Below, one piece after another: positions 51,740 through 64,000 of a DNA stretch of 64,000 nucleotides. The position numbers and the translations under genes are program-made. The stretch comes from Eledone cirrhosa. Its lineage: Eukaryota. The stretch lies in the NCBI GenBank assembly GCA_964016885.1, contig OZ024741.1:377580001-377644000 (forward strand). Direction: 5' to 3'. The notes beneath the pieces were generated by a model. It was not told the DNA's origin and ran no database searches. It saw only the letters and a list, made by a program, of their open reading frames with translations. Positions within the stretch are counted from its first letter, which is position 1. The number at the start of each line of letters is the position of its first letter.

Positions 51740-54700
51740 TCTTTGAGTCTCAGTCATTGATGTTAGTTAACTGGAAAGTGTGTTGAGATGACTATGAAGC
51801 CACTACCTGCAGCCTCAGATATTCAGGACGTATCGGAGGGTTCTTGCTGTTCCCAGCAAGCATGCCTTTTGAAGCGTTCCAAAAAGAGTGAAGGGGCCAA
51901 TTTTCTTTAACCATCCCTGGAAACTTTTTGAGATAGTCCCTAGTGCGCCTATGACAATCGGGATCACTTTGACTTCATGGCAGTTCCAAATCCTTTTTAC
52001 CTCCCACTCTAAGTCCTGGTATCGGTTAATTTTCTCTCTCTCCTTCTCTTGCACTCTCGTGTCGAATTGGAAGGCCACATCCACAATCAGGCACGATCTT
52101 TTTTCTTTGTCCAAAACCACCAGGTCAGGTCTATTGTGTTCCAGATTCTTGTCCGTCTGTATCCTAAAATCACACAGCACCTTCACCTGATCGTTTTCTA
52201 TCACCGACTCTGGCTTATGTTCATACCACTTCTCAGAATGTGGTAAATTGTTTACTTTGCATAGGTGCCAGTGGATCATCCTGCCCATCACATCATGTCT
52301 CCAGCCCTTATAGTGAGTCTGGGCTAGGTGTTTACACTCGGATACAATGTGAGCCACAGTTTCCTCTCTCTCTCCACAGATCCTGCACAGTGGCCTAGCC
52401 TCCTCCTTGTAAATGTAGTGTTTCAACCACTTCGTTTTGAGGGCATGCTCCTGCGCAGCCATTAACATTCATTCTGTAGCCTTTTTAAGGTCTCCTCTTT
52501 TTTTCAACCAGTTCCATGTCTGTGGATCTCTAAATTCAGTTTTCTCAAAGAAGGTACTATGAAGGGATTTTTCCTGAAGGCTGCTCTTTCTCCTTGATGT
52601 TATTTCCTCCTTGGACATCCCCTGGCCTATTGTCCCCTCCTTCAGTACAGCTCTGAGCATTGGCTCCCTACTATCAGTCACGTATGTGTGTAGGTTGGTT
52701 TTCTCCATCTGAACACAGTCCTCTATGCTGATAAGACCTCTTCCACCCTCAGATCTCCTTAAGTAGAGTCTATCGACATCACTCCTCTTGTGGAACATGT
52801 TGTAGATAGTCAATAGCTTCCTAGTCTTCCTATCCATTTCTTTTTGTTCAGCAACATTCCATCTCAGAATTCCCGCACTGTACCTAATAATAGACACAGC
52901 TCGGGAATTTACTGCACTTATGGCATTCCTACTGTTCAGATGTGACTTTAATACGCTCCTTACTCTCCGAAGGTATTCAGTTCTTATCAATTCCTTCATT
53001 TTTTTGTTCTTGATGTCATCAGCCCCCAGAACGCCCAAATACTTGTATCCTTCTTCAGAGTCAATTTCTTTTATCATCTCACCTGTTGGTATCTGGATTC
53101 CGTTACTTCTGCTCAACTTACCTCTCCTCATCACAATGACTCCACACTTACGAATACCAAATTGCATACATATATCATTGCTGAAAATACGGACAGTGTC
53201 AACAAGCACATCCAACTCCTTCTCACTCTTCTCGAAGAACTTAAGATCGTCCATGAAGAGGAGGTGATTGATGGTAGGCTCTCCCTTTCCCAACCTGTAT
53301 CCTGCTCTCACTTTTCGCAGTACACTGGTCAGGGGCATTAGGGCAAGGACAAACAACAGAGGGGACAGACTATCTCCCTGGAAGATACCTCTCTTGATCT
53401 TCACGCTTCCCAAGGATTCTTCAGTTGATGTCAACTCTGTTTCCCAGGATTTCATACTTTTGCCGAACAACTGCCTGATGTTATCTGCCACCTTCAAGAT
53501 CTCCAGGCTTTTGGTGCTCCAAGAATGAGGCACCATGTCAAATGCCTTTTTGTAGTCTATCCATCACATGGCAAGACCAGAGTGTCTCCTCTTGCAATTC
53601 CTCATTACCATCTTATCAATAAGTAACTGGTCCTTTGTACCACGTGACTTCTTTCGGCATCCTTTCTGTTCGTCCGGTAACAATTTGTTTATGTGGAGTT
53701 GATGGTAGATTTCCTCAGACATAATGCTTGTCAACAGTTTCCACATTACGGACAGACATGTTATAGGTCTATAGTTGGTAAGATCATTACCCTTGATTCG
53801 ATCTTTCATTATCAGAACTGTGGTACCTTTTGTCAACTACTCTGGTACCTCACCTGACATCAAGCACTCATTGAACGTGGTTGTCAGTTTCGGGTGGAGG
53901 GATGTTATGTTTTTAATCCAATACCCCTGCACACCATCTGGGCCAGGTGATTTCCAGTTGGTTAGTTTTTTGGCCTGCCACTTAAGAATTTCAACTGTGA
54001 TACTCAAATCAGTTTGTTGGCGTGCCTGTTCACTGATCTCCTTCTGTACTGTCTCAATCCCACTGCCTGGTCATTATGTTTAACATCCTGCTCCCATATT
54101 CCTCTCCAGAATGTTTTAGTTTGTTCCGCCTCAGGGATCAAGTCGTTGCCTCTTTCTTTCCCTTCAAGCTGTCCAAACAGCATCTTCTGGTTGTTGTCGA
54201 ACATGCGGTTCTGTCTATACTGGCTGACTCTGTTCTCGTATCGCCTGATTTTTGCACTTTTTGCTACAATGCGTTGCTTCAGTTCCTCTATGATGATATT
54301 TAGCTTTTTCCTCCTAGTTTTGTACTTTATTTCCAGTCTATGTTTAGTGTCTATGTTTTTTAGTGTCCCATTCAGTAGGGACTCAAGCTTTCCAATGTCA
54401 TTTCTCATTTCCCTGATTTGACCACTCAGTCGTTTCTTCCACCAAGGCTCTGCTCTTTCTTGTCTGTTGTTTCCTCTCGCTTTTATACCAAGTAGTTTCC
54501 TCACCCTATTTACTGTTGCTTTGAGGATATTGTTGCACTGGTGAAGGCTCCTCGCCTCAACGTATGGGATGACTTTGTTTCCCTTAGCTGTTGTTTCTTT
54601 TAACTTTTTCCTGTCTACAAATCTTAGGTTCATAGGTCTCCCACTATCATTGTTCAATTCATCTACCACTAAGTTTAGGATATCTACCAAATCTTGTCCT

Positions 54701-55426
54701 AGCCCGTCAGCATTCATCTCCTCAGTGACCGTATCTCTGTTCCAGGTATTATTTATCTCAGCATTCAGATCATTGTCTGTTTCGGGTGGTTCCTCCGTTC
54801 TCTCCACCTCTTCACCTTCATTTCCCACTGGCTCGTTTGCCTGGCATACTCCACCCTCCATCTCCAAGCTAATCTCTCTGCCCAGTTCCTCCAGTTCCAG
54901 ATCGCTTATCCACCCATTAGTTCTTATTACCCGAGCCTGCCCGGCCAATTTTTGTTCATCTAATTTAAATGGACCAATCTCGTTCCAGATGTTATGCATC
55001 CTTTTCCTATAGCCTTTCTCCTTGGGGTTACTCTTCAGGTAACATTGCATAACAGTTCTATTCAATTCTTTCGTCCAGTTGGTTCTGGTCCCTTTCCTTC
55101 TTCTTATTCCTCCGACACCAGCAGTATTTGGTTGACAGCCAGGTCCCTGCTGCTGAGCCAGGGAGCACCTGTTGGGTGAGAGTCTGTCACATGACATTCT
55201 AGTCTCCATTTCACCGTTATTCGAACTGTTTAGGTTCGACATTTAAACACTCTTATCGAGGATTGGCGAAAGTATGGTTACATAGCCACCGGTGAATTAC
55301 TTGTCTCCGGTGGTTTCGTCACTCCACGTGACTTTTGTGTGGCATTATCACGCTGTAGACGAACCCAAACAAACAAACAAACAGGCAGAAAAAACGCCCA
55401 AAATGAATAAGCATAAGTTTCATTCT
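51740..55426 (-). mobile_element. Near full-length R4/Dong-type RLE LINE (family 1); single ORF 55242->51815 broken by a few frameshifts
   Basis: NYRPITCL, RGIFQGDSLSP, HLLFMDD, CRICGEREETVAHIVSEC, RHD and NRPDLVV..IVDV..K..RY. (TAA)n on both flanks, the known Dong target. Confidence 0.95.
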
Positions 55427-55429
55427 AAT

Positions 55430-55463
<34 letters not shown>

Positions 55464-55464
55464 A

Positions 55465-56220
55465 GCTGCATTTATCTTGCTTTATGTTCATACGAGTTAT
55501 CACCAAGTCACAACCAGTGACCTCAAGAGACAACAAGGTCCGCCATGTTAAAGAAAGAACATACATACTCACACATGCATCCCCAGGTGTTTAGACTTGT
55601 GATGTACTTATATTGACAGAATCTTCCTTAGTATATGGGCAGTTCCCATTAGTACTATCTTTTGTATTTCTCCTATACGCGGGTTTCCTGGGATTTGCGA
55701 TAAGTAATCATTAGACCCCTTAGGTATCATTCATAGAGCGCCTACAAACACTGGTATTGTTTTAGTCCTCAGTTTCCACATTATTCCAATTTCTATCTCC
55801 AGGTCCTTATACTTGCTCAATTTTTCAAATGTTTTTATAGATACATTCTTGTCTATTGGAACGGACATATCAATTAGCAGGCATACCCTCTTTTTAAGGT
55901 CCTTCAATATTATATCAGGTCTATTTGCTTCTATTTTTAGGTCTGTTTGGATGCTAAAGTACCACAAGATTGAGATGTGATCTTTTTCAAGTATGGGAGG
56001 TAGTTGATGCTCCCACCAATTCTTTTGATGGGGAAGGTCAAAATGCTTACACATTATCCAATGTATGCATTGTGCCGCTCTGTCATGCCTGTTTAGGTAT
56101 TCGGTTGGAGCTATAGGACTGCACATTGAAATTATATGATCAATGGTCTCTGGTTGTTTTTTACATACACGGCACAATGGGCTGCATCCATTTTTTATTA
56201 TGTTGGCTTGGTAACTTTTA
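55465..56220 (-). mobile_element. R4/Dong family 2, 3' fragment (CCHC plus RLE)
   Basis: CRVCKKQPETIDHIISMC, RHD and NRPDII..LIDMS..KLSKY, with (TAA)n on both flanks. Confidence 0.9.
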
Positions 56221-56243
56221 TTATTATTATTATTATTATTATT

Positions 56244-57993
56244 GGTCTAATCGGACGTCTTTTGCTCGCTCCCAGTAAGTCACTTTATTTGCCTGTTAAA
56301 ATTAATTGTTGTTAAATAGTTTTTGTTGTGTAAGCGATATAAGCCCTTAGACCTTGCCCTGTGAAGGGGAGAGTATAATATTTGGGCCTTTTGGCCCAAA
56401 TATTTGAACATATTACTTTTTTTTTTTTAATATTAAAAACAAAACATGGCTGAGCCACGCCCCCTGCAATATGTCTGCTGTCGTGTGACAACAGCGTAAA
56501 AGTTGAGAGGAGGTTTAGTGAAATTCATACAACATACACGACCACAAACAACGTGAACAAAGACAACAACACTTAGAACACTAATTTTGAAAAATTACCA
56601 CACCAACTACAACAATAACACCGACAACCAAAATACTGACCACAGAAAAAAATGACAACAAATGCAACAATGATATTAACACGACTCACAAGAAAATAAA
56701 CAACGACAACACCAACAGCAACAATACAAATTGCACCGAAAACAACAACAACAGTGGCACCACAAACACAACCAACTACAAGAGTGATAACAGCAACAAC
56801 AACACCGTTTGTAGCAGCAACAGAACAGCAACACAACCAACAACAAGACCAGTAGCAGCAGTAATGCAGCAATAATGGTGCCGCTTAAAAAATGGCCACC
56901 TTTTTTGCATGTGTAGCCCGGAATATAGAGACAGTGCTAGTCACCGACGAGGAGATGGCAGTCGCAAGAGCCATGGTGTCGAGAAATGACAATAGAATTG
57001 CCCTAAAATCTCCACCCGATTTCTTCAAAGAGCAGCAGCTGCGCACGGTGACTTACCGCACCGTAAGCAAAATGTCACATCGAGTGAAGAGAGACACGGA
57101 GGCTCAAATCCAAAAGGCCTTGGTGTGCGTCTGGGCGCGCAAAAAGTACGCCACAGTAGACGTGCTTTTCGCCACCCCCCAAGAGCGAAGTCTCACACTT
57201 TGGAAAACCTAAAGAGTGAGGAGATAGTCTTGGTGCCCTCCTACTGAGGGCAGAAATTTGTGAGGCTCAAAGTGACGCAGGTCCCGCCCCACGTTCCCAT
57301 ACCTTGGCTGGCCCCCTCTGTAGTTTCTGGAATCGTGGAGAAGACCACCATACTGCAAATAGAGAGAATGGGATGAGAGCCTGCTCAGGAATAGGCATGC
57401 AAATGCTAATACAAACAAACCAGGAGTGCATTGAGACCATCCCAGACATCATAGACCTCGAGGAAGGACTTCAACTCCCTATAGGCGTGGAAGGAAAGCG
57501 TATAAAGTGCTATCTCATGCGATACATCATAGAGTGGCTGGTAAAGGAGCATGGTACGGGCGGGGTCCTGATCAACTTGGATCAATCTAAATCATTTGAT
57601 AGGGTCGACCATCGGTATCTGGCTGCAGACCTCGAGGCGGCTGGCTTCGGGCCCATTTTTAGGGGCTGGATCGCTGCGATGCACAGTGACATCTGCTCGA
57701 TTGTGAGGGTGAATGGTCACCTGGCGCAGCCTTCAGCATCATGCGCTCGTTCTGCCAGCGTTGCCCCCTCTCCTCCCTCTTGTACGTACTGGCCCTCGAA
57801 CCGTTACTGCAAAAATGTCAGACAACGAGGGGGGCCCCACGCGAACTGGGATAAGGGAGATTCGTGTCAGCTTACGCCGACAACGTCACTGTGGTGGTGG
57901 CGACCACCAAAAACGTCCAGATGTTCGGCACCGCTCTGAAGGAATACGAAGCGTTGACAAGAGCAAAGTAAATCAGGAAACGTCGGTGGGCTT
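56244..57993 (+). mobile_element. Tx1-type LINE: 5' UTR and ORF1 fused to a mid-RT segment, 3'-truncated
   Basis: ORF 57304..57939 joins ORF1 EGKRIKCY in frame to RT LMRYII..LDQSKSFDRV. Confidence 0.85.
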
Positions 57994-58256
57994 TCCAGTA
58001 ATAATCAAGAGCTGATTATACAGAGCGATTGACGGTCCAGCAAAAATTAGGTGTTAGGATTGGTGTTCTGAAATAGCGATGTATACATGAATGTACGTAT
58101 GGAATATTTGGCAATATAACGTATGTATACATCGCTATTTCAGAGCACCAATCCTTATACCTAATTTTTGCTGGGCCGGCAATCGCTCTGTATAATCAGC
58201 TCCTGATTATTCTGGACTTTTATAAGAATCCAACTTCTATAATTGTCAGCGGAAGC

Positions 58257-58318
58257 AGGGAGTGCGTGACTCTGATGATCGCCAAACAGCGTGAAACAGA
58301 CTGTTAGCGTCTCTCCTT
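58257..58318 (+). ncRNA. Minimal type I hammerhead ribozyme (monomer 1)
   Basis: AGGGAG..GACT-CTGATGA-TCGC-CAAACA-GCGT-GAAA-CAG-A-CTG-TT^AGC..CTCCTT. Confidence 0.7.
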
Positions 58319-58571
58319 TCTTTCGCCGAAAAGAAGTTAGTGATATAGTAACTACTTTAAAACCGATGGCGTATGGTCTTCAAAATATTTTTAATTAAAC
58401 ATACTGTATATTGCCAAATATACTCTACAAACATTGATGTATACATCGCTATTTCAGAGCACCAATCCTAACACCGAATTTTTGCTGGATCGGCAATCGC
58501 TCTGTATAATCAGCTCCTACTTATCACTGGGATTCTATAAGAATCCAGCTTCTATAATTTTCGGTGGAAGC

Positions 58572-58633
58572 AGGGAGTGCGTGGCTCTGATGATCGCGAA
58601 ACAGCGCGAAACAGACTGTTAGCTTCTCTCCCT
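58572..58633 (+). ncRNA. Minimal type I hammerhead ribozyme (monomer 2)
   Basis: AGGGAG-TGCGT-GGCT-CTGATGA-TCGC-GAAACA-GCGC-GAAA-CAG-A-CTG-TT^AGCT-TCT-CTCCCT. Stem I is extended with an internal loop. Confidence 0.8.
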
Positions 58634-58753
58634 TATTTCGCCGAAAAGAAGTAAGTGACATAGTCACTACTTTAAAACCGATAGAGTATGGTCTTCAAAA
58701 TGCTTTTAATTAAACATACGGTATATTGCCAAATATACTATACATACATTATT

Positions 58754-58913
58754 AAGGAAGTGGATTGGGAGTATCGGTAGAGGGTCAGACACCATGCCTT
58801 GCAGCATAGAGTTACGGCCCTTAATGGCCCGATAAAATAAAGTACCAGTAATACACTGGGATAAGTGCTGGCCTTGTGCCAAAAGTAGGAACAATTATTA
58901 TTATTATTATTAT
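58754..58913 (+). mobile_element. tRNA-derived SINE, internally deleted, with (TTA)n tail
   Basis: GGATTGGGAGTATCGGTAGAGGGTC head and GCTGGCCTTGTGCCAAAAGTAG tail. Confidence 0.85.
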
Positions 58914-61900
58914 TCATTGTGCTGAATCTCTCGACACGTATGTAACTTCAACGAAGTAAGTCAGTTGAATTTTATGAACTTATCGAAACTTTTATATAGT
59001 GATTTTACATTGTTGTGTAGTTAAATAACCCCTCTTTCAAGGCAGGTGGATTTTTAACTGTATCTCTCGTCCTTAAGGGCTGAATTTGTATTTATTTACA
59101 ATCGTACCCCTCAATTCTTTGTTAAAAAAAAACATGGCGGAAAAAAGAAATTGTCCACCGGGAGGAACAGCCAAAACCAACAGACCAAAAGGGCACCGAG
59201 TCGAACGCGCAACCGAGTCACAGGCCCAAAGGTCTATGGGTGTCGTCTGAAAACATACATAGCCCGAGAATCGAGGTATGGCACTGTGGGTGTGCTCTTC
59301 GCTACACCAGAAGAAGCCAGAGTACACACTATTGCGCCACTCCGCAGTGACGAAATAATAAAGATGCCCACATACTGCGGCCAGAGAGTCGTGAGGGTTC
59401 GAGTAACCCAGGTCCCACTCTCAGTGGAGATCGCGTGGTTGATGGCGAACATTCAACAACTATCCTCGACGTTATGCGAATATGACAGGAGAATTGGAAA
59501 GGAGCGGGGATGGAGCTAATCATCCGAGCAAACCATGAGACCATCGAGGTCATCGCCGATTTAATAGACCTAGACGACGGCAACCATCTACCCGTTGAGG
59601 GTCGAAGCGAAGGTGTTATGGATGCGGTGACAAGACGCACCTTAAGACCTTCTCCCCCAAACTCACCAAAACGGGCACGCACTCCATCCTTCTCCCTATG
59701 CCGTGCCCCGCGACTATAGTGGACAAACCAACCAAGACCAAAATGACAGAAGAAAAATCACTATCCCCAACAACAAAAGCACCATCACCTCCACCACCAA
59801 CAATGGAGAGCATGCCCATTCCCGATATTGCTAAATCGGACAATGAAGTGCGATGAGGTCGAAGGATGGGAGACCATCACAACAAAAAAGAAAAAGGAAG
59901 AACTCCCTTCATTTTCCCTCCAAAAAATAGGAAGAAGAAACCCAAAAAATAAAATCAAGTCGACCCCAACTCCTCCACCACCATCAGCAACCACACCCCC
60001 ACAACCACCTACACCATCACCAGCACCACCAACACCACCATCGCCACCATTAGCATCTACCCCATCGTCATTTCCAACAACAGCAAAGCAATCACAGAAA
60101 GCACCAACACCCCAACAGGAGACACAATGCACAGCCATAGACACAAAGAAAACAAAGTTTCAAATTATATTAAACTCCACACCAACATCACAGAAACAAA
60201 CTACGTACAGACCACCAAAATTGCAGCCCCCACACACATAAAAATAATAGAAATTACCCCAAAAATTACATGACATTAAAAAAAATGTTTCCTTCATCAG
60301 TTGGAGACTACCGAGGGAACATCAGTAAAAGAATATTCGCGGACATTCTCGTGGAGAACCCCTCCACTGGTCGCAGGGATGGATCAACCACCCCCTTCCT
60401 AAAAATGAGCCACATATAAATTTGTTTACTCTTCCCCTCTCATTTGTTTTCCTCCTATCCTAGACAATATAGCTTCTCTGGGGATAGGTAGCATAAATGC
60501 ACATGGTCTGGGGGTCGTCTTGGAAGCAAGGCCAGCTGCTGAACGATCTCAGGTCGCTAAACATAGATGTAGTTGCCATCGGCGAGGTGTACATTGTCCA
60601 AGCCGTCCCGGATCTGGGATGGGGGGGGGGGGAGTGGCTGTGTTGTTCCGGATAAGTCTGGATCTCGAGATACGGGCAGTCTTCTTGGACCCAGAAGGTA
60701 AGTTGGTGGTGCTGGACGTGACCAGTGTAGAGGGGCAAGCTTTCAGACCTGTGGCCGTCTATGCCCCAACAAGAGCAGGACCGCCTGACTTCTTGCGGCG
60801 TCTAGAGAACTTTCTCGGAACGTCCCGTTCCTTAGTGTTAGTGGGCGACTGGAACGTGATCTTAGATGCACGCTGGGACACTGTGGGATTAGAGGATAGG
60901 AGAGGAATGTGTAAAAGCCTCGCAAACGTGCTCAGACGTTTTCAACAGTCTGACAGGCACCGGTTGGATTTCCCGAATGTGCCAATGTGGACTTGGGCAA
61001 ACCGCATCGGGTCATCCAGATTATATCTAGTTAGGGTATGTTGGATGGAAATAGATAGGTCTAGCATAAGCTGTCCACAATTCATGATAGTCGACTACAC
61101 GGCGTTAGCAATAGAAACAAAATAGAGCAGAGGGAGAACTAGTTTAGTAAAGGCATCGCGATCGTCGTGCTTGTGGCGAAATTGGCTCTCGACCAATTGT
61201 TCAACGCAAGCATGAAGGCTGCGTTATCAGAGCTAGGGTGCGTGCTCTCAGACCAGAGGGTACGACGCCGTTTGATGGGCCCTCAGGTGGCGGAGGCGCG
61301 TCGTGGCAACAACGCCAAGATCCGGCCTTTGGCGGACCAGGAAGGGCGCATGCTACTTGATCCTGGGCAGATGTGTGCGGCTTTTCACCGAGACTTTGTT
61401 CAGCTGTTCGGGGGAAGCGACGGAATGGATCGCGGAATGGAGTTTAGTGCCTACCTAGTTGGACTGCCGCGGCTCTCGGCCACTGAGGCTGAGTGTTGTG
61501 AAAGGCCGATACCAGCTGCTGAAGAACGGGAGGCAATCACTGGCTGCACAATGGGTAAATCAACTGGTTTGGATGGTCTCCCCTACAAACGTTATGTACA
61601 AATGCCAGACTTGATCGGCGAACTCTTGGCGGACGTCTAGAGCAACTGGCAGCAAAACAGGAGAATTTCCAGCTCTGTGAGCCGAGGAGCGGTGGCGTTG
61701 TTGAGAAAGGATCCGAACAAGGGGTATAACATAGATAATTTCAGGCCCATAACTCTGCTAAACACAGAGTTCAAGATGTTGGCTAAGAAGTTGGCGCTTG
61801 TCGTCGGTGGTCTGGTGGGAGAGGCGCAGGCATGCACCATTCCAGAGAGATCCATCCACGACAACCTGCACCTCGTGCGATACATCGTGGAGTTGGTAGC

Positions 61901-63720
61901 TAAGAAACCTGGCACAGGTGGGTTCTTGATCAATTTAGATCAGTCAAAAGGATCGACCATCTTTATCTGGCGGCAGTCCTAAGGGCGGTTGGCTTTGAGC
62001 CTATCTTCAGAGGCTGGATTGCTGCCATGCACAGCGACATCTGCTCTGTGGTGAGAGTAAACTGTCACCTTTCAGAACCGTGTCAGTATATTCAGACGAC
62101 GTCACCGTAGTGGTGTCGTACGCCAAACACATCGAGACGATCGTCACCACAGTAAGAGAATAGGAGACGGTGACAGAAGCAATGATCAACCAGGAAAAGT
62201 CGGTGGGCCGGCTGCTCGACACCTGGAGAAGCAGGTCCATGCCATCTATCAGCGTCGTCGGGCGCTGGAGGAACGGAACGGTTAAATTGCTAAGGATCTC
62301 GTTCGGTCCCGACCTCCAGACGGACAAAAGCTGGGATGATGTGACGAACAGGTTGGACCTTCTCACCCAGAAATGCGCGGAGTGAAAGCTACACCTGAAA
62401 GGTCGAGCGGAGGTGGCGACGGCATTTCGCGTCCGTCATCTACTACCGCCTGACCATCGTGCCTGGAGCTAGGCCTCGCCTGACTGCGCTGGAGCGTTTG
62501 CTCTTTCGCTTTTTGTGGAAGGGACGTGCTCCGATGGTCAGGCGGTCAATCTGCTGTCAACAGCCGCTACGCGGAGGGATGGGCATGCCGAGGCTGATGA
62601 TACGCAGACATTCGCTCAGGCTACGGCATCTCCACCTATTCCTTGACGGTGATCAGATGTGGTCCCCCTTTGTTAGACGCGTGTTTCCCCAGCTCATGTC
62701 ATTGACGGAGCTGCAGCCCTGGGTCAAGCGAAGACCGAGAGGGATCGCCTGGAGACTGGAATGTCTGCAGGCACTTACAACTCTCAGCCAGACGGGCAAT
62801 ACGATCGGTGGAAACTCCACCTTTGCGTTCTATAGAGGGTTAGTGGAGAGAAAGTGCGACGACGTGCTTGGGGAGATTATGGGTGTCGACGAAAATCAAC
62901 TAGCCAATCTCTTTGGAAAAACTTCCGGGCCGAGGCCCATGGACAACTTCCATATATCCCTGGCCTTGCAGGCAGTGCTACCGAGGAGCTTTGCCTGTCC
63001 GGGATAAACTCTACAGGCATGGATGTGCCGTCAGCCGTTTATGACCGAGATTCCCCTAGGGCGACGAAAGCATCCTGCACGCACTCTTCCTGTGTCCGAG
63101 CATTGCTGGCTGACTTGTTGGTTTATGTCGAACACCTGCTGTTGCGTGTAGGACGGATCCGGCTAACAGCTGAGTCCATCGTGAGGATTGCGTCGCTGCC
63201 TTCCTTTAGCCGGGAAGGGCATCTATTTTGTATCTGCCTGGTCGCCATGGTAAAAGAGATGCTGGACACGTCTGAAATGGTTGAAGACAGGTATATTCTT
63301 CTTCGGTGACGCCCTCATTAACTTTTTCAGGTTTCACCTGAAAAGGAGAATCAGACAGGAGAGGGATGTGCTGCCTTCAAGCCAGATTGTTGAAACGTGG
63401 GCGAGAGAGGGAAGAATGGCCCGTAAGAATGGGCCTACACTGAGCGTGTGCTTGTAGCACCGTAGGAGGGAAACTGGAAGATGGCACTTGCTTTACTGGT
63501 CAGGGTAAATGTGGCTATTTCGTGGGCTTTCTCCACGAGTGACCCTCGCAAATCTCCGCCTACTGCTGAATTTTTCATTGTTTTCTTTTTTTGTCACATA
63601 CTCTGTGTTTTTGTGTTTTTTTTTTACACACAGAAATGCCCATTTGTACTGTCCTCTGTTGTCTTGTGTTGTCCTTAATTTTATACATTGTTTGAACCGT
63701 TGTGGTTACTAAAAAAATCA
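58914..63720 (+). mobile_element. L1-Tx1-type LINE, decayed near full-length, flanked by (TTA)n
   Basis: AAACATGGCG start at about 59134, ORF1 remnants, APE motif LVGDWNVILD, RT motif NFRPITLLN, and a 3' UTR matching 51450-51700. Confidence 0.9.
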
Positions 63721-64000
63721 TTATTATTATTATATATATATATTTTCTAGTGTGTCCGGGTAAGCTTTTTACATTCATATGATTTATTGATTTATTGATA
63801 TTTTATCTGAGTGACCCGAATCTTCTTGGTCGTAATTTTTCGGCTGCACGGGTGATTTTAGGCATAATCTTTGTGTGTTGGTATCTTAACGATAATTATA
63901 GCTCTGATTTATCTGAATTATTGAGCCCTCTGCCACTCATGTCGGATTTTGTTCATCGTAAATTCGTGAGCTGATTTTTTGATACTCGATTATTCTATTA

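Larger units (their letters stand above)
57994..58750 (+). mobile_element. Retrozyme-like element: two tandem 314-nt hammerhead monomers plus an inverted partial copy
   Basis: Units at 58123-58436 and 58437-58750. 57994-58118 is the reverse complement of sequence spanning the unit junction. Confidence 0.8.

Overview
AT-rich, microsatellite-laden animal DNA made almost entirely of decayed mobile elements. The tRNA-derived SINE family resembles octopus SINEs, so a cephalopod host is likely (inference). No intact host gene is evident. The window holds Penelope-like elements (RT and GIY-YIG remnants, two with large inverted duplications), L1-Tx1-type LINEs (one near full-length at 45.9-51.7 kb), two R4/Dong-type RLE LINE families, an RTE-derived non-autonomous element, SINEs and a MITE. 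Two signals are absent from the ORF track. (1) A decayed, apparently intronless, insertion-rich family-B DNA polymerase at about 30.4-36.9 kb, read by hand through stops and frameshifts. Its N-terminal and exonuclease half is on the minus strand and its motif A/B/C half is on the plus strand; one in-place inversion restores collinearity. This is best explained as a fossil of a large dsDNA virus. (2) About ten type I hammerhead ribozyme motifs. They include two non-coding retrozyme-like loci (314-nt and 518-nt monomers), each with tandem sequence plus an inverted partial copy that crosses the monomer junction. All alignments were done by eye and the boundaries of decayed elements are approximate.
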